This document shows, piece by piece, positions 1 to 8,877 of a stretch of DNA of 57,729 bases. Position 1 is the first letter of the stretch; the number at the start of each line of letters is the position of its first letter. This DNA is from a virus (Duplodnaviria > Caudoviricetes): positions 1 through 57,729 of the IMG/VR virus record IMGVR_UViG_3300033407_000016; one strand, given 5' to 3'. A program made the position numbers and the translations under genes. The notes under the pieces are model-generated. The model was not told the origin of the DNA. It did no database searches and saw only the letters and a program-made list of their open reading frames with translations.

Positions 1-586
1 CACGGCGTTCAGTGCCCGAGAGAGATCTGCCTGCTGCAGCTGGATTTTCACCGCGGGGCCTTTCGCTGAGTCTGTGGGGCGGGCTTGGCTCGAGGGCGCT
101 CAGGGGAGAGTCGTCGAGAAGCCGGGACCCCTTTGAATCTGGGTGGCCCTATCTTAACACACGCCCAGAAGAGCCACAAGCCCACTCGTGGCTCTTCTTC
201 TCCTGGAGGTTTAGAGAATAGAGAAATCAGTACAGTCCCGGTACGCCCCCAGGGTACCCCCTCCCCCCCTCCCCGGCCGCTTGTGGGGGAGTCCTCCCCA
301 TCCATTTCTCGATCAATCTCGACAGAAAAGGCCCCCGTGGAATACACCACAGGGGCATGCTTCTTGCTACCGTGCCGAGTGGTGTCCTTCCCACCACCGT
401 GAACCGAGCATCACGCGGAACTCCTCATGTTGCAGGATCGCACGTCCAGCACGAAGCGCCTCGCGCAGCGAGCCAAGCTCCATGATGCCCACCAACGCAG
501 GCAGCTCGCTCCTCCACAATTGGAACTCGCGCCCACTTCCCCCCTTCTCGATCCATGCCAGTGCTGGAACGCCTGGCTCGTATTGC

Positions 587-802
587 TCATATGCCCTCCC
601 ATTCGAAGAGCACCTCTAATTCCGTCTCAGCATCGTACCATCTCATGTCCTCCACGTCCACACTCCACCAGTCCTCACCGCGATCCCATCCGTTGAAAAT
701 CATGCGCAGCCAGCCCTCGTTGTGAGCGCGTAGTTCCATGCGCATACTGGTGTTCGCGCGGTCAAGCATTCTGTAGATCTTCTTGGCCTGTGCTTCTAGC
801 AT
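587..802 (-). CDS. hypothetical protein
   Basis: 71-aa ORF in a run of small, tightly packed - strand genes. Confidence 0.5.
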   Translation of the reverse strand: MLEAQAKKIYRMLDRANTSMRMELRAHNEGWLRMIFNGWDRGEDWWSVDVEDMRWYDAETELEVLFEWEGI

Positions 803-1154
803 ATCGTTCTCCCTTCGAACTCATCCAGCGCAGCGTCGAAGCTGCCATGGAAATGCTCCCCATGTATGCCGTCGATCGTTTCGACGTGCGTTGCCCACCG
901 GTTGCCCACCTTGGACAGCAGCACGCAGCCGCCATCATGCCACGGGCCGCGCATGATTATGACTCTCATTTCAACTCCTTGATGGTGCGTGCAATCGCAT
1001 GGATGTAGTCGAGCCCTTCACGCTCGTCCTTCTCGTTGATCAGAGCGGGAATCCTATAGGCCAGTTCCCAGTCCCGAACCTCTTGCGCGTGCAGCCGTTC
1101 AAGTGTTCGGACAGTATGTGCTTCGAAGCGTGTCATTGATCTACTCCCTTCTGT

Positions 1155-1176
1155 GTTGAATCGTCCCTCTACCCTT
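1155..1176. repeat. 22-bp direct repeat, copy 1 (GTTGAATCGTCCCTCTACCCTT)
   Basis: Identical to 1913-1934; both copies lie just upstream of - strand gene starts. Confidence 0.85.
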
Positions 1177-1495
1177 CATCCGATGCGCGTGCCGCGCTCA
1201 TGCCAGGCGATGTCGCCGTCCAGGACCCGCGCTCACCCCAGGCGATGTCGACGTCTCGCCATTCGCCCGGGTAGGCCGGCTCTTCGGGGAGCCGGATCCC
1301 GTAATGCTGCTCGTCACCGTGCCCGATCAGGACGAGGACCAGGCCAGCGGGCGGAGCCACCAGCGTGATCTCATAGAGCGGGACGCCGAGCCACCTCGAC
1401 ATGGGTCGGACCTGGTTGCCGGCGCGGACGAGTACCTCGCGTGCGGGGATGGTGAGCCGGAGGCAAAAGTATCTGGTCGGTGCTGCTGATTTCAT
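1169..1495 (-). CDS. hypothetical protein
   Basis: 108-aa ORF with an AGGA SD-like sequence upstream. Confidence 0.55.
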   Translation of the reverse strand: MKSAAPTRYFCLRLTIPAREVLVRAGNQVRPMSRWLGVPLYEITLVAPPAGLVLVLIGHGDEQHYGIRLPEEPAYPGEWRDVDIAWGERGSWTATSPGMSAARASDEG

Positions 1496-1575
1496 TGTCG
1501 TTCCTGCTTTCGCATATTGACTTGGGCGCGACGAGACAGGATGCCTCGTCGCGTCCCTCAGCCAAGCCGACTAGC

Positions 1576-1881
1576 TCATCGGGCGTCGTGCAGGCAGGAC
1601 GCGCAGTCGTATTTGCCGATGTAGTCCTCTCGGCTCCCACACGAGCAGCCAGTGCGCGGGTGGGCGCGCTTCCACGACTCTTTGCTGTAGGAGGAGGAGC
1701 CCCCGGACGCGCGGGGAGCGCTCTTGGGGGCTCCAGCGACGAGCGCCTGCGCCTCGGCCGCTTTCGCGGCGGGGACGCGCCAGCCCTTGTTGGCGGCGTC
1801 CCAGCGGGCGCCGAGAGCCTTGAGCTCGTCCTTGACTGGGTAGGTGTTGCCGGTGACTAGAAAGTTGGGATTGGGGTACAT
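1576..1881 (-). CDS. hypothetical phage protein with C-terminal Cys cluster
   Basis: GNTYPVKDELKALGARWD...W motif common in phage proteins; CSCG...CASC tail. Confidence 0.7.
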   Translation of the reverse strand: MYPNPNFLVTGNTYPVKDELKALGARWDAANKGWRVPAAKAAEAQALVAGAPKSAPRASGGSSSYSKESWKRAHPRTGCSCGSREDYIGKYDCASCLHDAR

Positions 1882-1912
1882 AATAGGATTCCTCTCGGAG
1901 CTCGGGATTGTA

Positions 1913-1934
1913 GTTGAATCGTCCCTCTACCCTT
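1913..1934. repeat. 22-bp direct repeat, copy 2
   Basis: Identical to 1155-1176. Confidence 0.85.
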
Positions 1935-2187
1935 ATGTAGCGAGTAGCGTGCCATCCACTATGAGGAACTATACGCCATTGGCGTACACAACAACGACAT
2001 CAATTTTCGCATTTTGCAATGCTGATCGGGCATTTTGCAAACCGAATTTCGATGATTCTCCCGTAAGTTCAATTATCGTGCCAAAATGAAATGCCGAATT
2101 TGACCGCCATTCGGCAGTAAGAATCGTGCCAACTCGAAATCCGTTTTCCCGAATAGGTGTTGTAAACACCATTCGGTGAATAGGGGA

Positions 2188-2225
2188 CGTTGGGTATAAC
2201 GTTGGGTATAACGTTGGGTATAACG
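2188..2225. repeat. 12-bp tandem repeat (CGTTGGGTATAA) x3
   Basis: Three perfect adjacent copies visible in the sequence. Confidence 0.9.
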
Positions 2226-2229
2226 GTCG

Positions 2230-2760
2230 TTACACCGCCCAGGGCGTCTCATTGTCGGGAATTCGGGCCAGTGCCGTGCCAAGGTCCACCAGCTTTTGAG
2301 CCTCACCGGTGAACGCATTCTGAATCACGTCCCAGTCACGCCAGTGGTCAAGATCACATTCTGACACATGAGAATCCACCGCTGTGTTCCGATCGAAGTC
2401 GGGCCGGCAGACCTTCACGAGCGTGACGAGATTGCCAGTTTTCTCCGCCCACTGCCGGAGCTGTATCGCCTCGATCCGGAATCGAAGATCTGTGACCACG
2501 ATTCGATCGTCCACGAACTTTTGGATGGTCAGATTTACATAGTGGTTCGCGTCGAAGTGGCGGCGCGCGTCACCGATCGCCAAGAGGATGGGGCGAAGGA
2601 TCTCCTTGTCCCGCTCGATCTGCGTGAAACCGAGCGCGAGCAACTCGTCATAGAGCTGCTGCGCGAACCTCAATTTCGTGTATCCCTGCTCAGCAACAAC
2701 ATCGCCCGTGGTGTCCTTCCCACTCCGCCGCTTGCCGTGGATTGCGATGACGTGCTTCAT
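2230..2760 (-). CDS. deoxynucleoside monophosphate kinase
   Basis: N-terminal P-loop IAIHGKRRSGKDT, LRFA, VVTDLRF..E and HVSE motifs; start trimmed to MKHV. Confidence 0.85.
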   Translation of the reverse strand: MKHVIAIHGKRRSGKDTTGDVVAEQGYTKLRFAQQLYDELLALGFTQIERDKEILRPILLAIGDARRHFDANHYVNLTIQKFVDDRIVVTDLRFRIEAIQLRQWAEKTGNLVTLVKVCRPDFDRNTAVDSHVSECDLDHWRDWDVIQNAFTGEAQKLVDLGTALARIPDNETPWAV

Positions 2761-2909
2761 AGCCACCTCTGCAATGCGATCGACACCGAAGTATAGTCCG
2801 GGTGCGCGTTCCCGAACTTCCGTCCGGTGGCATGGTCCGCCAGTCGCACCGCTGCCCAGTACACGAGCTGTCGAGGAAGCAGCCGAGCCAGTACGCGCCA
2901 GAATATCAT
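2757..2909 (-). CDS. small hypothetical protein (50 aa, MIFWRVLARLLPRQLVYWAAVRL...)
   Basis: Not in the ORF track; fills the gap with ATGA overlaps on both sides. Confidence 0.6.
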   Translation of the reverse strand: MIFWRVLARLLPRQLVYWAAVRLADHATGRKFGNAHPDYTSVSIALQRWL

Positions 2910-3175
2910 CGTTCCTCCATAAACATTCGGCGGAGGACAGAACTTGCGTCGATAATCTCGCCGCAGATGTCACCGCTCTTGTTTTCCAGGATGGCCCGCG
3001 CGATCTCGCCAACCTCTTCCATCAGCACGATCAGCAGCATCGCCACGCTCCGATCGCCCCACTTCTCATGGTTCGATTCGCACTGCTCGATCGTGAGGCC
3101 GTCGAACTCGATGCCGCGTTCCGCAGCGGGATCACCGCAACTGGCACAGAAAGGATCGTCACACATGCAACTCAT
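2906..3175 (-). CDS. MazG-like nucleotide pyrophosphohydrolase
   Basis: EEVGEIARA...EIID motif (ExxE...ExxD); Cys-rich N-terminus. Confidence 0.65.
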   Translation of the reverse strand: MSCMCDDPFCASCGDPAAERGIEFDGLTIEQCESNHEKWGDRSVAMLLIVLMEEVGEIARAILENKSGDICGEIIDASSVLRRMFMEER

Positions 3176-3606
3176 GTCTCCTCCAGATGGCCTTCGTCCC
3201 ATCCCCACTTCACGCCGCCCGTGACTGTGATGCCCCGCGCGGCTAGGAACCCCACGATATAAGCAGCCCGCTTCACCACTTCGAGTTTATCCCATGTCGG
3301 ACGGCCTCCCACGAACGCTGCGATATCGACCGCCTCACCATAGCCGGTGCCGTCACGGTCCTGATGGCTGGACAATAGGATGATCCCGTCACGAAACGTC
3401 ACGACCAAGTCTGCATCCACGATCTTACCGGCCTCGTCTCGACCCTGGAACCACAGATCCTGCTGCTCTTCTCGGGTACGAAGCCCGCTGATTACACTGA
3501 AGTCTAGCCAATCAGGCGCTGCCTCCAATGCATCAAGGATCGCTCCTCCCATGTACGGTCCGATCGTCTTGAGTACCGACCGTGTCTGCTTTCCTGCCTT
3601 CGCCAT
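3172..3606 (-). CDS. endolysin, M15 family L-Ala-D-Glu peptidase
   Basis: SGLRTxEEQ, SSH...AVD and WDxGHLE zinc-peptidase motifs. Confidence 0.85.
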   Translation of the reverse strand: MAKAGKQTRSVLKTIGPYMGGAILDALEAAPDWLDFSVISGLRTREEQQDLWFQGRDEAGKIVDADLVVTFRDGIILLSSHQDRDGTGYGEAVDIAAFVGGRPTWDKLEVVKRAAYIVGFLAARGITVTGGVKWGWDEGHLEET

Positions 3607-3607
3607 G

Positions 3608-4174
3608 CTACCACTCCCTTAGAATTCTGTCAATCAGCCCCAACTCCAGGGCTTGATCGGCCGTTAAGTACGTTTCGTCAATCAGCATCTTGCGCAGCTT
3701 CGCGCGCGGATACTTGGGCTGTTTCTCGCGGATTCGCCGCAGGTAGGTATCCTCCATCAACGCCATCAACCGCTCGTTCTCCTTCGCCACGGCGCGCGCA
3801 ACGTGGGCATTCTCCTCATACCCCCAGCTACCATAGTGCAGCATCATGCAGCAGTGCTGTGACATCACACGATCGTCCGCCGCTTGCGGAATCCATGAGC
3901 CCATCGACATCGCCATGCCATAGAGGGTGATGGTGACAAGAGCGTGGCTGCTGGCGATCGCATCGTAGATGCTGAGCCCGCAGTACTCGTCACCGCCCCC
4001 GCTGTTCATGATGATGTTGATGGGCTCACTGCTCACCAGCAGCACGTGCATTGCTTTGAGGAAGAACTCCGCCATCTCCTCCTCTACTTCACCGCCAACG
4101 AAGATGGTGCGCGTGGGCACGTACAGACTGTAGTCGAAGAATCGGTCAAGATCGTCACGGCGAAGCTGCCCCAT
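3608..4174 (-). CDS. clpP: ClpP-like serine protease (S14)
   Basis: INIIMNSGGG, GMAMSMGS (catalytic Ser), MLH, YLTADQALELGLID. Confidence 0.85.
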   Translation of the reverse strand: MGQLRRDDLDRFFDYSLYVPTRTIFVGGEVEEEMAEFFLKAMHVLLVSSEPINIIMNSGGGDEYCGLSIYDAIASSHALVTITLYGMAMSMGSWIPQAADDRVMSQHCCMMLHYGSWGYEENAHVARAVAKENERLMALMEDTYLRRIREKQPKYPRAKLRKMLIDETYLTADQALELGLIDRILREW

Positions 4175-4361
4175 AGGATACCGCCCACCTATTGATGTCA
4201 TCTTGAGAATAGGGCGTGGTCGTGTTCAGGATCGCATCCCGCATCCCGTTATTGGGCGCAATCAACCATTCGCGAGCTTCCTTGCCCACGTCATCGTCAC
4301 GCATCGCGTCCTGACCTGCTTGAATGAGCACGGCCCGCCCGAGCCGTGCCCAGTCGATCAC
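4155..4361 (-). CDS. hypothetical protein
   Basis: 68-aa ORF overlapping its neighbours. Confidence 0.5.
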   Translation of the reverse strand: MIDWARLGRAVLIQAGQDAMRDDDVGKEAREWLIAPNNGMRDAILNTTTPYSQDDINRWAVSYGAASP

Positions 4362-4768
4362 TTCCCGTGCGGCCCCCGCCGTACCAACTCAGTAGCGGCG
4401 GCCCGGGCGAGAGAGGTGTTCTTTGTGCTGTCTCGCACGATCTGCTCAAGGGATGTCGCGCTGATTCGTGTGACATCAACCTTGGCCTTGCCGCTGCGAG
4501 CGAGCTGACTGACCTTCCGCGCTGAGCGGTCGATTCCATCCTGTGCCATTTCAAACCTCCATCGAAGGGGATATCTGACACAATACGGACAGGAGGCGCT
4601 GCCAGCAATGGCTCCTCCCATTCAGAGGGCCAAGCAGGACGCGGCAACGGAAGGCGTTGGCTCGTCCTGCTTGGCCCTACCATGCTGGCAGGGCACCACG
4701 AGAGCGTGCATAGAACTGATCGCAGTGTCGCCCTACCGCAGAACATACACTCTAGTGGCCGCCCGTAG

Positions 4769-4960
4769 TCAGTCATCGCTTCCCCCTGGAAGTAGCAGAT
4801 CGGCGAGCATGTTGTAGAGCCGCGTCGCGGTCGGCACGCCAGTCCTCTCCGCGAGATCTCGAAGCGCCCGCTTCTGCGCCACTGTGATGCGAACATTCAC
4901 CATCACGGTGCGAGCGTCATCCTTCGCAGGTTTCCGCCCGTACTGATCGAAGTGCGACAT
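4769..4960 (-). CDS. putative ribbon-helix-helix DNA-binding protein
   Basis: VMVNVRIT beta strand followed by ..KRALRDLAERTGVP helices. Confidence 0.55.
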   Translation of the reverse strand: MSHFDQYGRKPAKDDARTVMVNVRITVAQKRALRDLAERTGVPTATRLYNMLADLLLPGGSDD

Positions 4961-5550
4961 CAGAACTCCTCGCTTTTCAGCATGTCGTGGATCGTGTTGA
5001 TCAATTGCTGCGGTGCCTGCGTCCCAGACAACGGACTGTGCCGCAGCTCGATCATCCAGCGATAGTCCAACGGGGCGGCCTGGAGTGCGCCAATGTAGAT
5101 GCTCTCCGTGTACCGGCCGTTGTCCACCGGATAGACTCGCCAGCAGTGCTCGAACGCTGGATCGTTCCATTCCTGAATGATTGCGTTGATTGCGATCACT
5201 ATGGAACGGAACTCGTAGTATTTGTCCTCGCCGTCCCACTCCTCGGGTCGTAGGACACGATGCGCGAACATGCTGTGTTCACCGTACATGATGTAGCTGC
5301 GAAATGCGGGCCTGCCACGGTAGACCCAACAGCAGGTATCTTGTGCCCACATCCGATCGTTCTGGTACACCACGTTCGCCAGTTCGACCGCCACATCCAG
5401 CAGCGTCGCGGGCCGATCGCACTCGGGAACCTGTAGCTCGACCGGCTCCCATTCGGTCTGGCCGACGGGAGCCCCCATCACACCTTTGATCCCCGGTGCA
5501 ATCGTACTGTTGCAGCCGAGCAGCATGAGCAGCAGGATGCCTCTAATCAT
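4960..5550 (-). CDS. putative lipoprotein
   Basis: MIRGILLLMLLGC: short signal peptide with lipobox LLGC. Confidence 0.6.
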   Translation of the reverse strand: MIRGILLLMLLGCNSTIAPGIKGVMGAPVGQTEWEPVELQVPECDRPATLLDVAVELANVVYQNDRMWAQDTCCWVYRGRPAFRSYIMYGEHSMFAHRVLRPEEWDGEDKYYEFRSIVIAINAIIQEWNDPAFEHCWRVYPVDNGRYTESIYIGALQAAPLDYRWMIELRHSPLSGTQAPQQLINTIHDMLKSEEF

Positions 5551-5749
5551 GGTAGAACTCCTTCGGAATGCCGTGGATGGTGTAGAACTCCACGAGCCCG
5601 TTGCTGATCGTGCCATGGTACCGGAAGAATTCCAACGTGGCAATTTCTCCCTGGCGACGGCCCAGGCCAACTCCCAGCTTTGGATTGTTGCGCGTCGCCA
5701 CGTTCGCCTTGGTGACGTGACATAGCCACGTTAGCAGTCGCTGTCTCAT
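5543..5749 (-). CDS. hypothetical protein
   Basis: 68-aa ORF with AGGAG SD. Confidence 0.55.
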   Translation of the reverse strand: MRQRLLTWLCHVTKANVATRNNPKLGVGLGRRQGEIATLEFFRYHGTISNGLVEFYTIHGIPKEFYHD

Positions 5750-5826
5750 CTCATCTCCTAGGGCAGCGGCAGCTCTACTTACCCCGTACCAGCAGAGCCC
5801 GAGGCCGGAATGGCACCGCTGCCCAG

Positions 5827-6663
5827 TTATGTGCCGATGCCCATTTGTTCGAGCTTCGAGTTCATCTCGAACTGCTCACGAATTGAGAGCTTGTCCCATT
5901 CCGCATCGCGAGCATTCTGGCAGTTGTTCATGTAGGCAGCCAGGTAGCGCGCTTCGGTCGCACTGAAGTAGAACGCCCCGAGACGATACTCCTCGAACGC
6001 TTCCCACGCCAATGGCACGCACTCCTTCACGATCTCCGCGATCGCGTTCGCATACCACCGAATCTCCAACTGAGCGTGGCTGTCCATGCGCAGCGACAGG
6101 AAGTGGAACAGGTTGTGCAGGTCGATCTTCCAGTAGGCTTCGATGTAGGTCGAGAGCGGCAGATCCTTGCGGGCCTGCTCGCGGGCGACGCCAGCCATGA
6201 GGCGGTCTTGGTAGACCGCGTTCGCATGATCGTGCAGGTGCCTCTCTTTGTCGGTGAGCTGATTGCCCACCGGGACCGGCAGCATGCCGTTGCTGCCCTG
6301 CTTGTTGCCCACCGACTGCGCTCGCCACTCCCTGGGCGAAGTGCTCTGCTTGTCGTCGATCGCTTCCGAGTAGCGTGTCGAGTATTCGTTCACGGACGCG
6401 GTGCGATGCCGAATCCACTGGCGCCAGCAGTCCATGGGCACGCGCACGTGGAACTTGAATTCGACCATCTCGAACGGCGTCGTGTGGCGGTGCCGCATCA
6501 GGTAGCGGATCAGACCGCGATCCTCGCTGATCGACTTCGTCCCCTTGCCGTAGGAGACGCGAGCGGCCTGCACGATCGCGGCATCATCGCCCATCACGTC
6601 GATTAGTCGAACGTGGCCCTTGTCGAGCACGCGCCGCGTGGCCTTTCTTGTGTCCTCAGTCAC
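5827..6663 (-). CDS. thyX: FAD-dependent thymidylate synthase
   Basis: AARVSY, HTTPFE, RQWIRHRTASVNEYSTRY (RHRx7SxR), HAQLEIR. Confidence 0.95.
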   Translation of the reverse strand: MTEDTRKATRRVLDKGHVRLIDVMGDDAAIVQAARVSYGKGTKSISEDRGLIRYLMRHRHTTPFEMVEFKFHVRVPMDCWRQWIRHRTASVNEYSTRYSEAIDDKQSTSPREWRAQSVGNKQGSNGMLPVPVGNQLTDKERHLHDHANAVYQDRLMAGVAREQARKDLPLSTYIEAYWKIDLHNLFHFLSLRMDSHAQLEIRWYANAIAEIVKECVPLAWEAFEEYRLGAFYFSATEARYLAAYMNNCQNARDAEWDKLSIREQFEMNSKLEQMGIGT

Positions 6664-6841
6664 TACTGTCCCCCAGCCTCACGACGAAGTGTCCGTTGTC
6701 GAACTTCACTTCCGTCACCTTAGCGATCTTTGCCGTGGTGCGCTTGTCCAGATACTCCTGCACCGCTTCTGCCATCGCAGCAGGGCACAAGAGGAGTTGA
6801 TTGTTTCCGGGTATCATACCATCCTCCAAAGGTTGTCCAGC

Positions 6842-7153
6842 TCATGTTGTCCTCCGTAGATCTGCCAACCACACTATCTCTCCATACTCACTCATCAAAC
6901 AGCAATTCTCTACCAGCCTGAGCAGATCTTCACGGCCGACCTTACCGCCCCCCATCCCCCATGTGATGAATGGCGCCTGGCTTTCGTCCAGGTTAAAGAA
7001 CATTCGGGCGACCGTCAAGCCTCGGCCTCTGGCCACTGTTAGTGTGCCCGCCTTGGCCCCTGCCTCCCAGATGTGAATGAGATCGTGTTCTGGTCCCTCA
7101 TCGACCCGCACTGCGGAGACCGGAGGTTTGGTGCAGTAGTAACTCGTGCTCAT
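6842..7153 (-). CDS. hypothetical protein
   Basis: 103-aa ORF with AAGGAAGG SD. Confidence 0.55.
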   Translation of the reverse strand: MSTSYYCTKPPVSAVRVDEGPEHDLIHIWEAGAKAGTLTVARGRGLTVARMFFNLDESQAPFITWGMGGGKVGREDLLRLVENCCLMSEYGEIVWLADLRRTT

Positions 7154-7178
7154 AATCGGACCTTCCTTTGAAGTCGGG

Positions 7179-7712
7179 CTAATCTCCCTCCAGGAGTTTG
7201 GCCCAGCGGCGGCAATCCAAGTACAGGTTTATGAGATCGGGAATCGGTTGCTCTGGATCCGTAGCCTTCGCCATCTCCGCCGCAACCTTCGCGAATCGCG
7301 CCTCGCGGGTCCCCAGTGCGTCGGCAGCCTTTCCAACGGTGCTCCTGGCTGCAATCTCAGCCTCTGCATAATCGAGCAGCGCCGAGATCGCACGCTCGTA
7401 CATCGCGGCGCGGCCGACCGATGCGCGCGCCCCCACTGTCGCTGTGGGTTGGATGATCGCCGAGGGGTGGACAGTCGCACTATCCGCTACCCGTCCTTCA
7501 GCACTGCCGTTTGGATTCTTGTGCCGGTGGCTAGGGATCGCGCCACCACCGAAGTCGTGGGTCGATTCGCCTGCTAGTAACGCGAGCGCCTGCTCGGCGC
7601 CGTCACCAACGCACGTGGCGCCGCAGGACGAACACAATCCATCATGGTCCCAGTCAACGTCTGGGCCGCACTGCGGACACCAAGTTCCCGTCCACTGGTC
7701 GTTGCCCATCAT
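7179..7712 (-). CDS. hypothetical protein, Zn-ribbon N-terminus and short hexapeptide-like repeat
   Basis: CPQC...CSSC; VADSATVHPSAIIQPTATVG. Confidence 0.6.
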   Translation of the reverse strand: MMGNDQWTGTWCPQCGPDVDWDHDGLCSSCGATCVGDGAEQALALLAGESTHDFGGGAIPSHRHKNPNGSAEGRVADSATVHPSAIIQPTATVGARASVGRAAMYERAISALLDYAEAEIAARSTVGKAADALGTREARFAKVAAEMAKATDPEQPIPDLINLYLDCRRWAKLLEGD

Positions 7713-8038
7713 TTGCCTCCTGGACCGGTGCCGAGGATGCCATATTCTCCGTCGCAATCACCATAGGTGATCTTCAGCTCAGCGCCGCAGCACGGGCAAT
7801 GCAGCTCGACAATTAGCTCTCCTGGTCCCGGTCCCCCGATCCACGTCTCAGCAGCATCGTAAAGTGCCTGCTCAGTCGCATGGACATCCAGATCCAGATC
7901 GGAGCGCCAAGCAGCCCACGCGCTCACGGTTAGCCGCAGAGCGTGTAATTCGTCGCACGCGGTTTGAAGGAGCGCGGCCGGACCCATCGCAGCGAGAAGG
8001 TGCCCGCTCGGTACCATGTCGCAGAGCCTGTCCTTCAT
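7709..8038 (-). CDS. hypothetical protein
   Basis: ORF coupled to its neighbours by ATGA overlaps. Confidence 0.55.
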   Translation of the reverse strand: MKDRLCDMVPSGHLLAAMGPAALLQTACDELHALRLTVSAWAAWRSDLDLDVHATEQALYDAAETWIGGPGPGELIVELHCPCCGAELKITYGDCDGEYGILGTGPGGK

Positions 8039-8520
8039 GTCGTTACCTCCTCCGGCGGGTCCGGGTACACCACGCGGACGATCTCTGCGCACTGGCGCAG
8101 TATCGCGCCTCTTCTGGCGGCGCCGGCGGCGTAGGCGGCGGTGGCGTAGGCGCCGGCGGTGGTGGCGGTGTAGGCGGCGGCCATGGCGGCGGCGGCGGCG
8201 TAGGTGGCGGTGGCGGCACGCTGCAACTCCTCTATACTGACCTCCTCCCCCGCGCCAAAGCGCAGCGTCAGCGCCACGGCATTATGCACGGCTGCATCGT
8301 CCGTATACGGCAGCACCAACGCGGCACATCGCCCAGCCGCCAGAGCCAACGGACGCCGAGATGCGGACATCGGCTGGCCGGCAAGGCGGCCGGCCAGCCA
8401 CAGCATGTGGTCCCCGCGCTCGCAGGCTTGCCAGGCCGCCCCTAGGTCGGGGTATTGAGTTGCCCACTCGACGGCCTCGTGACATGCACCGAGATCCGTC
8501 AGATATGATATGTGATTCAT
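8035..8520 (-). CDS. Ala-rich phage protein (Imm5-like)
   Basis: LGACxEAVEW...AWQACERGDHMLWL followed by Ala/Tyr low-complexity repeats. Confidence 0.65.
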   Translation of the reverse strand: MNHISYLTDLGACHEAVEWATQYPDLGAAWQACERGDHMLWLAGRLAGQPMSASRRPLALAAGRCAALVLPYTDDAAVHNAVALTLRFGAGEEVSIEELQRAATATYAAAAAMAAAYTATTAGAYATAAYAAGAARRGAILRQCAEIVRVVYPDPPEEVTT

Positions 8521-8877
8521 GGTGTCTCCTCTGTCACACGCGGCTTCACCTGTGAAAGACGGTAGGCGCTCTCGAGGTTCATCCAAACAGTCGGGCCGGT
8601 ATCGAAGGCCTCTCCGAGTGCCCGCGCCGTTGCCGGCGTAATGGCACGTCTCCCGGTGATGATCTCATTCACAAGGCGGAGAGAGGTGCCGAGCACCTCC
8701 GCCAGGACTTCCTGAGTCCAGCTCCTCGCGGATGAAGTCGCCGGGCGGGAAGACCTCCACAGGTCTCTGCTGGCTCTCCCACTGACGCTCGCGTTCGATC
8801 TGTGCCATCGCAGCGTCCGCGCTCATGAAACGGGCCAGCTTCACGATGCGCCGCACCTCGTTGGGTGAGTACATCAC
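8517..8877 (-). pseudogene. frameshifted HigA/XRE-family HTH protein
   Basis: First frame ends EVFPPGDFIREEL; a second frame continues WTQEVLAEVLGTSLRLVNEIITGRRAITPATARALGEAFDTGPTVWMNLES. Confidence 0.75.

Noticed and set aside
2188-2225. Mini-CRISPR array
   Set aside because: 12-bp units are directly adjacent with no spacers, and no cas genes are present
8016-8240. Poly-Arg/poly-Gly + strand ORFs
   Set aside because: Mirror of the GCC-rich Ala repeat in the 8035-8520 gene
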